From an uncultured Alphaproteobacteria bacterium (lineage in GTDB: Bacteria > Pseudomonadota > Alphaproteobacteria > Puniceispirillales > UBA1172), in assembly GCA_958431225.1 (NCBI GenBank), contig OY288107.1:629953-693952 (forward strand): a stretch of DNA of 64,000 nucleotides, in the 5' to 3' direction. The notes beneath the pieces are model-generated. The model saw nothing but the letters and a program-made list of their open reading frames with translations. It was not told where the DNA came from and searched no databases. Both the position numbers and the translations under genes were made by a program. The stretch's first letter is position 1, and each line of letters starts with the position of its first letter. Positions 21,743-32,440 of this stretch are shown in pieces.

Positions 21743-22548
21743 TCAGAACGCCGCCGCGCCGCCAGCATCGCCCGTTCCATCAAACGCATCAGCGCATCAT
21801 CCGCCAATAAAACCTCCATAGCCGCCGCCGTAGTCCCATGCGGGCTCGTCACATTTGCCCGCAATGTCGCAGGATTCTCCTCGCCATCGCGCATCAACGC
21901 CCCGCCCCCAGCAATCGTAGCAATGCTCAACTGCCGCGCCACCTCCGCCTCCAACCCCATTTTCATCGCGGCGGCTTCCATCGCCTCTTGCAACAAAAAC
22001 ACATAAGCCGGCCCAGTGCCAGAAACCGCCGTCACCGCATCCAAAAGCCCTTCATCCACCTCAACCACCGCCCCCACCGCCTCCATCAAAGCACCAGCCA
22101 ACTGACGCATAGACGCATTAAGCCCCGCATGATGCGCCAAAGCCGTCACCCCACAACCAATCGCCGCCGGCGTGTTCGGCATAGCCCGAACAATCTGTTC
22201 TGACCCCGCAAGCACCTGCGAAATCCGCGCCATAGACACCCCCGCCATAATAGAAAGCCAAGCCGTCGTAGGCGATGCCAAAACCGCCACATCTTCAACG
22301 GCAGAAGGAAAATTCTGCGGTTTTGCTGCCAAAACAATCATATCAGGGGCGGGCAGTTCCCCCACCGCATCACCAGCACTAGCAAAATAACGCAAATTAG
22401 GATGCGTAGGCAAATCCGCCATATCCCCAATATGCGGGTCAATCACCGCAATAGCATCAATGCCGAATGAAGCAGGCGTTTTAGCCAGCCACCCCCGCAA
22501 CATCGCCTGCCCCATTTTACCGCAACCACAAAGGAGAATCTGCGTCAT
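21727..22548 (-). CDS. proC: Pyrroline-5-carboxylate reductase
   Basis: 273 aa. N-terminal Rossmann motif LLCGCGKMGQAM and the C-terminal dimerisation-domain motif SPHGTTAAA. Confidence 0.94.
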   Translation of the reverse strand: MTQILLCGCGKMGQAMLRGWLAKTPASFGIDAIAVIDPHIGDMADLPTHPNLRYFASAGDAVGELPAPDMIVLAAKPQNFPSAVEDVAVLASPTTAWLSIMAGVSMARISQVLAGSEQIVRAMPNTPAAIGCGVTALAHHAGLNASMRQLAGALMEAVGAVVEVDEGLLDAVTAVSGTGPAYVFLLQEAMEAAAMKMGLEAEVARQLSIATIAGGGALMRDGEENPATLRANVTSPHGTTAAAMEVLLADDALMRLMERAMLAARRRSEELGK

Positions 22549-22592
22549 GCCCCAATCCCATTCAATTTAGCATGGCTTACCCGAATATAGAT

Positions 22593-23096
22593 TTAGGCGC
22601 AACCTTGGGTTTCCATGAGCGCGCTTTGGCTAGCACTAGTGGCATCGGCGGCACCGGTGGAAAGCTGAAACAAGGCAGGATAGTATTTCTCACATTCCAC
22701 GAACGTCACTTCCACAAGGTCAAGCATTTGTTCCAAAACCGCCCCGCTAGTGCCACGCAGAGGCGTCGTATGCTGAAAGATGAGGCAATTTTTATCTTGG
22801 GTAAGGTTAAAATGCCCGAGCCAGATGCGTTCATTCAAACGGCTAATCAGCTCCAACATCTCACCCCGTTGCTGTTCCAGCACAAAAATATCCAAAAGCG
22901 CGCTAATATGGATAGCGGCGTATTCCTCTTGCCATTTAACGTTGACATAATAATCCGACCAATAGCCCGAAAGTTCCACGGCAATTTCATCACGCGATTG
23001 ATGATGCGTCCGCCAATCATTAACTTCCACAAGCCGCCGCATCAAAGCAATCGGATGATCAAAAAGCGGGGCAGATTTTGGCGTGCGAATCATCAT
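22593..23096 (-). CDS. YbjN domain-containing protein
   Basis: 167 aa. Features include NDW..., VNVKWQEE, NERIWLGHFNL and the C-terminal CEKYYPALFQL. It sits next to proC, as is usual in alphaproteobacteria. Confidence 0.72.
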   Translation of the reverse strand: MMIRTPKSAPLFDHPIALMRRLVEVNDWRTHHQSRDEIAVELSGYWSDYYVNVKWQEEYAAIHISALLDIFVLEQQRGEMLELISRLNERIWLGHFNLTQDKNCLIFQHTTPLRGTSGAVLEQMLDLVEVTFVECEKYYPALFQLSTGAADATSASQSALMETQGCA

Positions 23097-23244
23097 AAGC
23101 GGTCAAGCCTTTAATAGGTTATTGCATGGACGAATCGGATTATAGACACATCCAAATAAAAAAACAACATTTAGTATAAAAAAAATTTCAAAACCCAATT
23201 TATAGTAGTTTTTCTAGCCAAAAAACCGTGCTATATGCTTGAGG

Positions 23245-24114
23245 ATGTTATCAACCTCCCCCTTTAACGAAGCCATCACCCGCATGGCAGTGCCGTTTCC
23301 GTTCACCGATTCGGTGCTGTTCCAATTAGGACCGTTAGCGGTGCGTTGGTATGCGTTAGCGTATATGGTGGGGATTCTATTAGGCTGGCTAGTATTGCGC
23401 CACATCACCCGCAACCCCAACGACCCCATAGGACGCCCCCCCCTAGAAACGCTACTCAATGCCGGGATTATCGGCATTATTTTAGGCGGGCGTTTGGTCT
23501 ATGTGCTGTTCTACAACCTACCCTATTACGCCAACGCACCCATAGAGGTGCTATATATCTGGCAAGGCGGCATGGCGTTCCATGGGGGCATGCTCGGCAT
23601 GCTTGGGGGCATATTCTATGCCAGTCGCCGCCATAAAGTATCGTTCTTGGGTCTCACCGATTTAGTCGCATTGGTCGCACCGATTGGCTTATTTTTGGGG
23701 CGCATGGCGAATTTCATAAATTGCGAGCTGTATGGACACATCACCGATAAGCCATGGGGGGTGGTATTCAATCAAGGCACTTGTGTGCGCGGCGATGGTT
23801 TCGCCCCAGCAGGCAACCTACCCCGCCACCCCAGCCAAATCTACGAAGCCCTATTAGAAGGCGTCGTATTATTCGCGGTGTTGCTAGTGCTGTTCCGTTT
23901 AGGCGCGCGCCAGCATAAAGGCTTATTAGCCGGGGTATTCGTGCTAGGTTATGGATGCGCCCGTGCCTTTGTAGAATTATTCCGCGTCCCCGATAGCCAG
24001 CTAGGGTTTTTATGGTTAGGTCTCACCATGGGGCAGATTCTGAGCCTGCCAATGTTAGCGGCAGGGTTCTATCTCATCATACGGGCTTATAGTGGGCGCG
24101 GGGGGCGCACATGA
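23245..24114 (+). CDS. lgt: Prolipoprotein diacylglyceryl transferase
   Basis: Motifs are GPLAVRWYALAYMVGILLGW, GGRLVYVLFYN, GGMAFHGG, GRMANFIN.ELYG and HPSQIYEA. The start is uncertain (TTG 23239, ATG 23245 or ATG 23284). Confidence 0.92.
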   Translation: MLSTSPFNEAITRMAVPFPFTDSVLFQLGPLAVRWYALAYMVGILLGWLVLRHITRNPNDPIGRPPLETLLNAGIIGIILGGRLVYVLFYNLPYYANAPIEVLYIWQGGMAFHGGMLGMLGGIFYASRRHKVSFLGLTDLVALVAPIGLFLGRMANFINCELYGHITDKPWGVVFNQGTCVRGDGFAPAGNLPRHPSQIYEALLEGVVLFAVLLVLFRLGARQHKGLLAGVFVLGYGCARAFVELFRVPDSQLGFLWLGLTMGQILSLPMLAAGFYLIIRAYSGRGGRT

Positions 24115-25169
24115 ATAACCCGTTGCGTAGCCTCATCACCGCCCAACTCACCGATAGCGGTTTTATGACGCTCTATGATTATATGCACCTAGCATTATAT
24201 CATCCGCAACACGGCTATTATCAGCAGGAAGCGGTCATCGGGCGCGCGGGCGATTTCATCACCGCCCCAGAAATTTCCCAAATCTTTGGCGAGTTATTAG
24301 GATTATGGTGCGCCCACCAAGCCCAAACCCAAGGGCTTATTAACAAAGCCATTTTAGTAGAATTGGGGGCAGGACGCGGCACGCTAATGGCGGATGCGTT
24401 AAGGGCATGGAACACGCTCAACCTACCCCTACCGCCACTGCATATCATAGAGACCAGCCCACACCTAAAAACCCAACAAAAAACCAGCCTAGCCAAATTT
24501 CCCGCCCTAAAAATCCATTGGCACGAATCACCAAAAACCCTCCCAGAAAAACCCCTCTTAATGGTCGCCAATGAATTTTTTGATGCCCTCCCCATCCAGC
24601 AATATCGGCGCAAAAACAACACATGGCAACAACGCGGCATCAGCCTAGACGCCGAAAAAAATTGGCAATTCGCTTGGCGCAAAACCAAAAAAACCCCGCT
24701 TTTTGATGACCCCGCTTTCACCGCCCTAGATGAAGGACAAATTTTTACCCACGCCCCGGACTATGCCGATTTCCTAACCCCCATCGCCCAACGCATCGCC
24801 AGCCATGGCGGGGCAGGACTCATCATTGATTACGGCAAAATGGACGGTTACGGCGACAGCCTCCAAGCCGTAAAAAACCACCAAGCCGTGGAGATATTAG
24901 CCCACACCGGCACAGCAGATTTAACATCATGGGTTGATTTCGCCCACCTAAAAAACATTGCCGAAGCCTGCGGCTGCATCACCACCCCCCCCATCCCCCA
25001 AGGGCAATTTTTACGCGCCCTAGGCATCATGCCCCGCACGGAACAACTAGCCCAAGGCAAACCCGCCAAAACAAGGCGCGATTTATTGGGGGCAATAGAC
25101 CGCCTTGTCAATCCCGCGCAAATGGGGCAAGTTTTCAAAGTCATGACCATAAATAAAGGAACGAAATAA
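24111..25169 (+). CDS. Class I SAM-dependent methyltransferase, MidA/NDUFAF7 (DUF185) family
   Basis: 352 aa. Motifs are YYQQEAVIGRAGDFITAPEISQIFGEL, VELGAGRGTLM and ANEFFDALPI. Confidence 0.85.
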   Translation: MNNPLRSLITAQLTDSGFMTLYDYMHLALYHPQHGYYQQEAVIGRAGDFITAPEISQIFGELLGLWCAHQAQTQGLINKAILVELGAGRGTLMADALRAWNTLNLPLPPLHIIETSPHLKTQQKTSLAKFPALKIHWHESPKTLPEKPLLMVANEFFDALPIQQYRRKNNTWQQRGISLDAEKNWQFAWRKTKKTPLFDDPAFTALDEGQIFTHAPDYADFLTPIAQRIASHGGAGLIIDYGKMDGYGDSLQAVKNHQAVEILAHTGTADLTSWVDFAHLKNIAEACGCITTPPIPQGQFLRALGIMPRTEQLAQGKPAKTRRDLLGAIDRLVNPAQMGQVFKVMTINKGTK

Positions 25170-25958
25170 ATGCCTAAACACCCCCCCTACCTAACCCACG
25201 AATCCTTCCGTCCTAAAGCGATTCGCTACGGCTTCTTCACGCGCAAAGGCGGGGTCAGTCAAGGGCTTTACAGCAGTCTCAATGGTGGCTACGGCTCGGA
25301 TGATGATGCCGAATCCGTGCGCCAAAATCGCCAATTAGCGGCAAATGCCCTCGGCTTTGACAGCAGCCAAATCGCCGCCCTCCACCAAATTCATTCAATA
25401 AAAGCCCACAGCATCACCGCCCCGCCGCGCCAGCCCCCAGAGGGCGACACCCTTGAGGGTGATGCTTTAATAACCAAAACAACCGGGCTAGCCCTCATGG
25501 TCATCACCGCCGATTGCGCCCCCATCATCTTCGCCGATAACGAAGCCGGGGTCATCGCCGCCGCCCACGCCGGTTGGCGGGGTGCCGTGGGCGGTATCAT
25601 CGAATCAACATTGGATGCCATGACGCAACTAGGCGCAAACCCCCAAAACATAACCGCCATAATAGGTCCCGCCATCCAACAACCCTCCTACCAAGTAGGC
25701 GCAGAACTACGCACCGAAGCCCTAAAAGCCGATGCCGGCGCAGAAACATGTTTTATCAATGACAACAACAAAAAATATCTTTTTGACCTAACGGGCTATG
25801 TAGCAAGACGGCTAACACGAAAGGCCATAAAACATTTCGCCCTCCCCCACGACACCTATACCGATGCCGAAAATTTTTTCAGCCACCGCCGCCGCACGCA
25901 TCAAGGCGAAGCAGATAGCGGACGTTTAATGACCCTCATCGGCATAAGCGAATCCTAG
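25170..25958 (+). CDS. pgeF: Peptidoglycan editing factor PgeF (YfiH, purine nucleoside phosphorylase/laccase family)
   Basis: 262 aa. Motifs are GDALIT, VITADCAPIIF, AAHAGWRG and FSHRR. Confidence 0.88.
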   Translation: MPKHPPYLTHESFRPKAIRYGFFTRKGGVSQGLYSSLNGGYGSDDDAESVRQNRQLAANALGFDSSQIAALHQIHSIKAHSITAPPRQPPEGDTLEGDALITKTTGLALMVITADCAPIIFADNEAGVIAAAHAGWRGAVGGIIESTLDAMTQLGANPQNITAIIGPAIQQPSYQVGAELRTEALKADAGAETCFINDNNKKYLFDLTGYVARRLTRKAIKHFALPHDTYTDAENFFSHRRRTHQGEADSGRLMTLIGISES

Positions 25959-26134
25959 GAAAGCCAAGCCCCATGCCCCATTTATGGATATTTTTACTCA
26001 TGTGCCTTGTGGGATTGTTAGCCATGTGCGTTTTGCTATAGCGAAAAAAATGCACCCGCCCCACGCCTTTACACTTGCGCGAGGCGCACTAACTTGCTAT
26101 GAATCTAGCGGTTAAATCATTTCGGTTGTAAGCA

Positions 26135-27067
26135 ATGAAAATTCTGGCCTGTAATTCAAATCGCCCGCTTGCTGAAGCCATCGCTGCCTATCTAAACTTG
26201 CCCCTTGTCAAAGCCGATATCCGCCGCTTTGCCGATATGGAAGTCTTTGCCGAAATCCAAGAAAATGTGCGGGGGGAGGATGTGTTCGTGGTGCAATCCA
26301 CCTCATTCCCCGCCAATGATAATCTGATGGAATTATTGGTGACGCTAGATGCGTTAAGGCGCGGTTCGGCAAGGCGCATCACGGCGGTTCTGCCCTATTA
26401 CGGCTATGCGCGCCAAGACCGCAAATCGGGCCCCCGCACCCCCATCTCGGCAAAACTAGTCGCCAATCTAATCACCTCCGCCGGCGCAGACCGCGTACTC
26501 ACCATCGACCTCCACGCCGACCAGATTCAAGGTTTCTTTGACATCCCCACCGACAATCTTTTCGCCGCCCCGGTATTGTTAGCCGACATCAAACCCCGCT
26601 ATAAAAACGGCGATTTGATGATTGTCTCGCCCGATGTAGGCGGGGTGGTGCGCGCGCGGGCCCTCGCCCGCCGCCTTGATGCCGATTTAGCCATCATTGA
26701 CAAACGCCGCGAAAAAGCCGGGGTATCCGAGGTCATGAACATTATCGGCGATGTCAGCAAACGCCATTGCATCATGGTTGATGATATCATTGATTCAGGG
26801 GGAACGCTATGCAACGCGGCGGTCGCCTTGATGGAAAGCGGTGCCATCAGCGTAGAAGCCTACGTCACCCACGGGGTTTTATCGGGCGGGGCGGTATCGC
26901 GCATCGCCTCATCCCCCTTAAAAGCATTGGTGACCACCGACACCATCCTAGCCACCGAAGCCATGCGCGTCGCCCATAATGTGCGCCAACTTTCGGTCGC
27001 CCCCCTCTTGGGCGAAGCGATTTTACGCATCAACGAAGAACGTTCGGTATCATCGCTATTTGATTAA
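26135..27067 (+). CDS. prs: Ribose-phosphate pyrophosphokinase
   Basis: 310 aa. Motifs are [24 protein letters not shown] and [11 protein letters not shown]. Confidence 0.96.
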   Translation: MKILACNSNRPLAEAIAAYLNLPLVKADIRRFADMEVFAEIQENVRGEDVFVVQSTSFPANDNLMELLVTLDALRRGSARRITAVLPYYGYARQDRKSGPRTPISAKLVANLITSAGADRVLTIDLHADQIQGFFDIPTDNLFAAPVLLADIKPRYKNGDLMIVSPDVGGVVRARALARRLDADLAIIDKRREKAGVSEVMNIIGDVSKRHCIMVDDIIDSGGTLCNAAVALMESGAISVEAYVTHGVLSGGAVSRIASSPLKALVTTDTILATEAMRVAHNVRQLSVAPLLGEAILRINEERSVSSLFD

Positions 27068-27141
27068 AGTCATATTCCGCTTGCGTCTGCGCGTGATTCG
27101 GGCTAGAAGTATCGCGTTTTACTAATTGGAGTCACCGAATT

Positions 27142-27813
27142 ATGGCAGATACAATCACTTTGAACGCGACCAAACGCGACCGCGCCGGCAAAGGCGGTGC
27201 GCGCGCCACCCGCCGTGATGGATTCATTCCGGCGATTGTCTATGGCGGCGATGCCGGCCCGCAATCGGTCAATATCAACGACAACAGCTTTCGCAAATTG
27301 CTGAGTCAGCCCGGCTTTATGAGCCACGTCATCGCCCTAGATGTTGAAGGCGATAAAAATAATGTGCTCGCACGTGATATCCAATTCCATCCGGTCACCG
27401 ATGTGCCACTGCATATTGATTTCCTGCGTATCACCGCCGCATCCACCGTCACCGTGATGGTGCCAGTGAATTTCATCAATGACGAAGAATCACCGGGGCT
27501 CAAAGGTGGCGGGGTGCTGAATGTGGTGCGCCACGAGATTGAAATGCTATGTTCTGCCATCAATATCCCTGAGAGCCTGACGGTGGATTTGACCGGCACC
27601 GAGATTGGCGATTCGATCCATATCAGCGCCATTGACGTGCCAGACGATGCAACGCCAACCATTACCGACCGCGATTTCACCATCGCCACCATCGCCGCCC
27701 CAACCATTGAGGTAGAACCCGAAATCACCGAAGCGGTTGAAGGCGAGGAAGGTGCAGAAGCAGCCGAAGGCGGCGAGGCAACCGAGGGCGAAGAAACACA
27801 AGAAGAAGAATAG
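27142..27813 (+). CDS. rplY: 50S ribosomal protein L25 (Ctc form) with acidic C-terminal tail
   Basis: 223 aa with an L25/Ctc N-terminal domain (RDRAGKGGARATRRDGFIPAIVYG), a Ctc domain and an E/A/G-rich tail. Confidence 0.93.
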   Translation: MADTITLNATKRDRAGKGGARATRRDGFIPAIVYGGDAGPQSVNINDNSFRKLLSQPGFMSHVIALDVEGDKNNVLARDIQFHPVTDVPLHIDFLRITAASTVTVMVPVNFINDEESPGLKGGGVLNVVRHEIEMLCSAINIPESLTVDLTGTEIGDSIHISAIDVPDDATPTITDRDFTIATIAAPTIEVEPEITEAVEGEEGAEAAEGGEATEGEETQEEE

Positions 27814-27835
27814 GCTATTAGCGGGGGGCAAGGAT

Positions 27836-28447
27836 ATGCGCATCGTTGCGGGCTTAGGCAATCCCGGCGCAGGCTATGCCGCCCACCGCCATAATGTTGG
27901 TTTCATGTTGGTGGATGCCTTGGCGACACAATACGGCTTTGATGCGTGGAAAGCCAAATTTCAAGGCATGATGGCAGAAGGGGTGCTTGGCGAGGCAAAA
28001 ACCATCCTGTTCAAACCGCAAAAATTTATGAATGATTCGGGAACACCCATAAAAACCATCCTCAAATTCTACAAATTGCCCCCAAGCAATTTAATCGTCA
28101 TCCATGATGATATAGATTTAGCGGCAGGAAAACTGCGCATCAAATGCGGTGGCGGGCATGGCGGGCATAACGGCTTGCGCGACATTGATAAACATATCGG
28201 CACCGATTATTGGCGCGTGCGTATTGGCGTTGGGCGGTCGCGCCATGGCATCGATACCTACAACCATGTATTATCCAATTTTGACGCCGAGGACAAATTA
28301 TGGCTCACGCCCCTATTAGATGCGTTAGCGCATGAATGGGGGCTGTGGGAGGCGCGCGGGGCTGATGCATTGATGGCGACCATCGCCCAAAAAAACCCAC
28401 CGCCTAAAACTGCAAAAGAAACCAACGGAGATAAAGATGGGCTTTAA
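27836..28447 (+). CDS. pth: Peptidyl-tRNA hydrolase
   Basis: I trimmed the ORF to [11 protein letters not shown] (ATG 27836, after the rplY stop). Supporting motifs are HRHNVGF and [12 protein letters not shown]. Confidence 0.95.
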   Translation: MRIVAGLGNPGAGYAAHRHNVGFMLVDALATQYGFDAWKAKFQGMMAEGVLGEAKTILFKPQKFMNDSGTPIKTILKFYKLPPSNLIVIHDDIDLAAGKLRIKCGGGHGGHNGLRDIDKHIGTDYWRVRIGVGRSRHGIDTYNHVLSNFDAEDKLWLTPLLDALAHEWGLWEARGADALMATIAQKNPPPKTAKETNGDKDGL

Positions 28448-29537
28448 TTGTGGCATTGTCGGCTTACCCAATGTGGGGAAATCCACCCTATTTAATGCGC
28501 TAACCGAAAGCGCCGCGGCGGAGGCGGCGAATTACCCGTTCTGCACCATTGAGCCGAACACCGGGCGCGTCGCCGTCCCCGATGCGCGCCTCAACGAACT
28601 AGCCCGCCTAGCCAAATCCGCACAGATTCTGCCGACCCAATTAGAGTTCGTGGATATAGCCGGGCTAGTGCAGGGGGCAAGCAAAGGCGAGGGGCTAGGC
28701 AATCAATTCCTCGGCAATATCCGCGAGGTCGATGCCATCGCGCATGTTCTGCGCTGTTTTGAAGATAGCAACATCACCCATGTTGATGCAGTCATTGACC
28801 CGGTGCGCGATGCCGAAACCGTGGAAACCGAATTGATGTTAGCGGATTTAGAATCCGTAGAAAAACGCCTAGAAACATTGATAAAAAAAGCGCGCGGAAA
28901 CGATGCCGATGCGAAAGCACTCATGGCAAGCATGGAAAAAATCCGCGACGGGCTAGCCGCGGGTATCCCCGTGCGCGCCATCACCACCCTGACCGAAGAC
29001 GAACGCAAAGAGCTCCCGCATTGGCAATTACTAACGGCAAAACCGGTGCTGTATGTCTGCAATGTCGGCGAGGCGGACGCCGCCAAAGGCAACCCCCACA
29101 CCGAAGCCGTCGCCGCCAAAGCCAGTGCGGAGGGCGCAAATATGGTCATCGTATCCGCCGCTATTGAAGCCGAAATCGCCACCCTAGACGCCAGCGAACG
29201 CCGCGAATTTTTAAGCGAGCTAGGGCTAGAAGAAGCAGGGCTAGCCCGCATGATCAGGGCAGGCTACCGCCTCCTCAACCTCATCACATTTTTCACCGCC
29301 GGCGAAAAAGAAGCCCGCGCCTGGACAGTGGCAAAAGGCGCCAAAGCCCCGCAAGCCGCCGGGGTCATCCACAGCGATTTTGAACGCGGCTTCATCCGTG
29401 CCGAGACCATTTCATACGAAGATTATATCGCCCATCAAGGCGAGGCAGGGGCAAAAGAAGCCGGAAAATTACGCATTGAAGGCGCAGATTATCAAACCCA
29501 AGACGGCGATGTATTCCACTTCCGCTTCAATGTCTAA
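28437..29537 (+). CDS. ychF: Redox-regulated ATPase YchF
   Basis: 366 aa. Motifs are [27 protein letters not shown] and the C-terminal TGS-like [10 protein letters not shown]. Confidence 0.96.
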   Translation: MGFNCGIVGLPNVGKSTLFNALTESAAAEAANYPFCTIEPNTGRVAVPDARLNELARLAKSAQILPTQLEFVDIAGLVQGASKGEGLGNQFLGNIREVDAIAHVLRCFEDSNITHVDAVIDPVRDAETVETELMLADLESVEKRLETLIKKARGNDADAKALMASMEKIRDGLAAGIPVRAITTLTEDERKELPHWQLLTAKPVLYVCNVGEADAAKGNPHTEAVAAKASAEGANMVIVSAAIEAEIATLDASERREFLSELGLEEAGLARMIRAGYRLLNLITFFTAGEKEARAWTVAKGAKAPQAAGVIHSDFERGFIRAETISYEDYIAHQGEAGAKEAGKLRIEGADYQTQDGDVFHFRFNV

Positions 29538-29760
29538 CAGCATTATTGCGGCGGGTTTTTTGGCGGGCTTTGCGTTGTTTGGTGATGGCTTTGGCTTGCC
29601 CAAGCGTTAGGCAATCGGGGCAAAGGCAACTTCCCGCCAGGTCAAATTGCGGACGCATATTCGGCAGATTCATACACCAACAATTACGCGTCTCGGTAGA
29701 ACCGCAACTAAATGCGCGCCCACATTCTTGGCAATTCAATTTTTTCACCCCCATAGGCAT
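29527..29760 (-). CDS. Cysteine-rich CWC family small protein
   Basis: I trimmed the ORF to the ATG at 29760 because the longer ORF would overlap petC. The 77-aa product is [51 protein letters not shown], with 8 Cys including CxxC pairs and the CWC motif. It lies 32 nt downstream of petC on the same strand. Confidence 0.65.
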   Translation of the reverse strand: MPMGVKKLNCQECGRAFSCGSTETRNCWCMNLPNMRPQFDLAGSCLCPDCLTLGQAKAITKQRKARQKTRRNNAVRH

Positions 29761-29792
29761 AGCATCCTCCCAGTCACTAATGGCACTAGCGG

Positions 29793-30557
29793 CTACTTTT
29801 CCACATCCGCCCAAATATAACGCATAGACCCGTACGAGACAAAACACATAACCACTAAAAATAACATCACGGCAATACCGATGCGTTTGCGGCTTTCCAA
29901 TTCGGGTTCTGCCGTCCAAGCCAGAAACGCCGTCACATCCGCCGCCAATGCTTCCATCGAGGTATCCCCCCCAAGCGCAAACACCACATCATCGCCAAAA
30001 AGCGGTTGCGGCATAGCGATCTGATTACCGCTATAAACTCGGCTATAATACATGCCATCAGGCATCTGCAAATCCGCCGGCGGGTCATCATACCCGACCA
30101 AAAGACTATAAAGATAATTCGCCCCATCAGGACGCGCCTTGACAATGAGCGACAAATCAGGCGGATAAGCCCCGCCATTAGCGGCACGGGCGGCATTTTC
30201 ATTAGCAAAAGGTGCCGGAAAGCGGTCAGCAGGAATGGCAGGACGCTGAAACATATCGCCCGCATCATCAGGACCATCGGTCACTTCATATTCGGCGGCA
30301 ATGGCTTTGATTTCCGCTTGCGAATACCCCAATGCCGAAAGATTGCGGAACGCTATATAATCAAGCCCATGACACGAGGCACAAATCTCACGATAGACTT
30401 GAAATCCACGTTGGAGTGCCGCTTTATCAAAATGCCCGAACACCCCCTCAAAAGACCAGTCGCGTTTTTCAATCTCACCACCGCCCTCAGCCGCAAGGAC
30501 AGGTGCGAGTCCTAAACCAAAAAACACGGCAATAATGGCAAATAATCTCCGCATCAT
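29793..30557 (-). CDS. petC: Cytochrome c1 (bc1 complex)
   Basis: 254 aa with a signal peptide, the heme-binding motif CASCHG and a C-terminal TM anchor. Confidence 0.93.
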   Translation of the reverse strand: MMRRLFAIIAVFFGLGLAPVLAAEGGGEIEKRDWSFEGVFGHFDKAALQRGFQVYREICASCHGLDYIAFRNLSALGYSQAEIKAIAAEYEVTDGPDDAGDMFQRPAIPADRFPAPFANENAARAANGGAYPPDLSLIVKARPDGANYLYSLLVGYDDPPADLQMPDGMYYSRVYSGNQIAMPQPLFGDDVVFALGGDTSMEALAADVTAFLAWTAEPELESRKRIGIAVMLFLVVMCFVSYGSMRYIWADVEK

Positions 30558-31789
30558 TTGCCCCCTTTAGTCACAGGCATAGAAATAGATGCCGGAAGCG
30601 GGCGCGTATTTTCCACCACCGATAGCAGGGGCAGAATCAACAAAAAATGCACAAAATAATAGGCAGTCGCCAAACGCGACCAAGTCACATAGACCCCTTC
30701 AGCCGGTTTCCCCCCCAAATAACCAAGCAACACACAATCCGCCAAAAACAACCAGAAAAAGATCTTAAAAAGCGGACGAAACCGCCCGGAACGCACGGGC
30801 GCACGGTCAAGCCACGGCAAAATAAACAGCACCGCAATCGCCCCAAACATAAACAAAACCCCCCCTAATTTATCAGGGATAGCCCGCAGAATCGCATAGA
30901 ACGGCAGAAAATACCATTCAGGGACAATATGCGCCGGCGTCTGCAACGGATTGGCGGGGATATAATTATCAGGATGCCCCAGATAGTTGGGATAAAAGAA
31001 CACGGCAGAGGCAAAAATCGTCAAAAACACCATCGCCCCAAACAGGTCTTTGCTCGTGTAATAAGGATGAAAGGGGATCGTATCTTGCTGACCGCTAACA
31101 TCAATGCCAAGCGGGTTGCCGGAGCCAAAACGATGGAGTGCAATCAGGTGCAACATCACCACCGCCACAATGACAAAAGGCATCAAATAATGCAGAGCAA
31201 AGAACCGCCCCAAAGTCGGATTATCCACCGAAAACCCGCCCCAAAGCCAGGTCACTATGCTCTCACCAATGAGGGGAATCGCCGAAAACAGGTTGGTAAT
31301 CACCGTCGCCCCCCAAAAACTCATCTGCCCCCAAGGCAACACATACCCCATAAACGCCGTCGCCATCATCAACAGCAAAATCACCACCCCCAGCATCCAC
31401 AACAATTCCCGTGGGGCTTTGTAAGACCCATAATAAAGCCCACGAAAAATATGCAGATAAACGACAATAAAGAAAAAACTCGCCCCATTCATGTGGATAT
31501 AGCGAATCAGCCAACCATGATTAACATCACGCATAATGCGTTCCACCGAATCAAACGCGTGGTCCACATGCGGGGTATAATGCATGGCTAAAATAATGCC
31601 GGTGATAATCATCACCACCAGAGCCAGCCCCGCCAGCGACCCCAAATTCCACAAATAGGACAGGTTTTTTGGTGTCGGGTATTCGTGCAGCTCATGGTGC
31701 ATATAGCTGAACACCGGCAAGCGGTGGTCAATCCATTTGACAAGCGGATTCTTAAATTGCGGTGATGCCATGATGCTTGCTCCACTCAA
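30554..31789 (-). CDS. petB: Cytochrome b (bc1 complex)
   Basis: 411 aa. Motifs are [20 protein letters not shown], the [13 protein letters not shown] motif and multiple TM helices. Start and stop overlap the flanking genes by 4 nt. Confidence 0.96.
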   Translation of the reverse strand: MSGASIMASPQFKNPLVKWIDHRLPVFSYMHHELHEYPTPKNLSYLWNLGSLAGLALVVMIITGIILAMHYTPHVDHAFDSVERIMRDVNHGWLIRYIHMNGASFFFIVVYLHIFRGLYYGSYKAPRELLWMLGVVILLLMMATAFMGYVLPWGQMSFWGATVITNLFSAIPLIGESIVTWLWGGFSVDNPTLGRFFALHYLMPFVIVAVVMLHLIALHRFGSGNPLGIDVSGQQDTIPFHPYYTSKDLFGAMVFLTIFASAVFFYPNYLGHPDNYIPANPLQTPAHIVPEWYFLPFYAILRAIPDKLGGVLFMFGAIAVLFILPWLDRAPVRSGRFRPLFKIFFWLFLADCVLLGYLGGKPAEGVYVTWSRLATAYYFVHFLLILPLLSVVENTRPLPASISMPVTKGGK

Positions 31790-32352
31790 CCGATTTTGAC
31801 GATGCTATCAGAAAGAAATGCGTAAGGTGGCACTTCTAAATTTGTTGGTGCCGGGCCTTTGCGGATGCGTCCGGAGGTATCGTAATGCGAGCCATGACAC
31901 GGGCAGAACCAGCCCCCCCAATCGCCTTTAACCTCGCCAATTTTCTGCCCCAGCGGCACACAGCCCAAATGCGTACAAATACCTTGGATGATGAGATATT
32001 CAGGTTTTTGGATGCGCGCCATATCGGTTTCGGGGTCGCGCAAAGCCGCCAAATCCACCGCTTCCGCCTCGGCAATTTCGGCAGGGGTGCGGTGACGAAT
32101 AAAGACCGGTTTTCCCCGCCATTTAATGGTAATCGCTTGTCCGGCTTCAAGGCTAGAAATATCCACCTCAACCGAAGAAAGCGCCAAGGTATCCGCCGCC
32201 GGATTCATCTGATCAATCAAAGGATACGCCACTGCGCCTGCGCCCACCGCCAGCATAGCATTGGTCGCAACAACAATAAAATCGCGGCGTCCCCGATTCG
32301 CCACAGAATTCGCAACAGAATTCGCAACAGATTTTTCGGCTGTATTACCCAT
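31786..32352 (-). CDS. petA: Ubiquinol-cytochrome c reductase Rieske iron-sulfur subunit
   Basis: Rieske boxes CTHLGC and CPCHGS, and a Tat-type RRDFIV signal. I chose the ATG at 32352 (AAGGGG 6 nt upstream). The ATG at 32358 is also possible. Confidence 0.94.
   Translation of the reverse strand: MGNTAEKSVANSVANSVANRGRRDFIVVATNAMLAVGAGAVAYPLIDQMNPAADTLALSSVEVDISSLEAGQAITIKWRGKPVFIRHRTPAEIAEAEAVDLAALRDPETDMARIQKPEYLIIQGICTHLGCVPLGQKIGEVKGDWGGWFCPCHGSHYDTSGRIRKGPAPTNLEVPPYAFLSDSIVKIG
32296..32331. repeat. 12-bp x3 in-frame tandem repeat in the petA N-terminus
   Basis: attcgccacaga / attcgcaacaga / attcgcaacaga. On the reverse strand this encodes [12 protein letters not shown] immediately before the RRDF Tat motif. 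Confidence 0.85.
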
Positions 32353-32357
32353 CGGCA

Positions 32358-32387
32358 TCCCCTTAAAAACATTCCCCTTAAAAACAT
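32358..32387. repeat. Perfect 15-bp x2 tandem repeat abutting the petA start
   Basis: tccccttaaaaacat occurs twice. On the reverse strand this is ATGTTTTTAAGGGGA x2, and each copy carries an ATG and an AAGGGG SD-like element. Confidence 0.9.
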
Positions 32388-32396
32388 CTAGGGCAA

Positions 32397-32425
32397 CATA
32401 AACCACGCTATGCTAGGCGTGTCAA
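32397..32425 (-). promoter_or_regulatory. Candidate petABC promoter
   Basis: Reverse strand reads TTGACA (32425-32420), a 17-nt spacer containing the palindrome CCACGC-N8-GCGTGG, then TTTATG/TATGTT. The -10 element is weak. Confidence 0.3.
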
Positions 32426-32440
32426 TAGCGGAAACACAAA

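Noticed and set aside
27737-27835. N-terminal extension of the pth ORF (MKARKVQKQPKAARQPRAKKHKKK...).
   Set aside because: It is the out-of-frame reading of the acidic rplY tail. The conserved Pth N-terminus [11 protein letters not shown] starts at 27836.
30929-31591. 220-aa forward ORF inside petB.
   Set aside because: It is antisense to cytochrome b and has an H/R/K/P-rich nonsense-like sequence.
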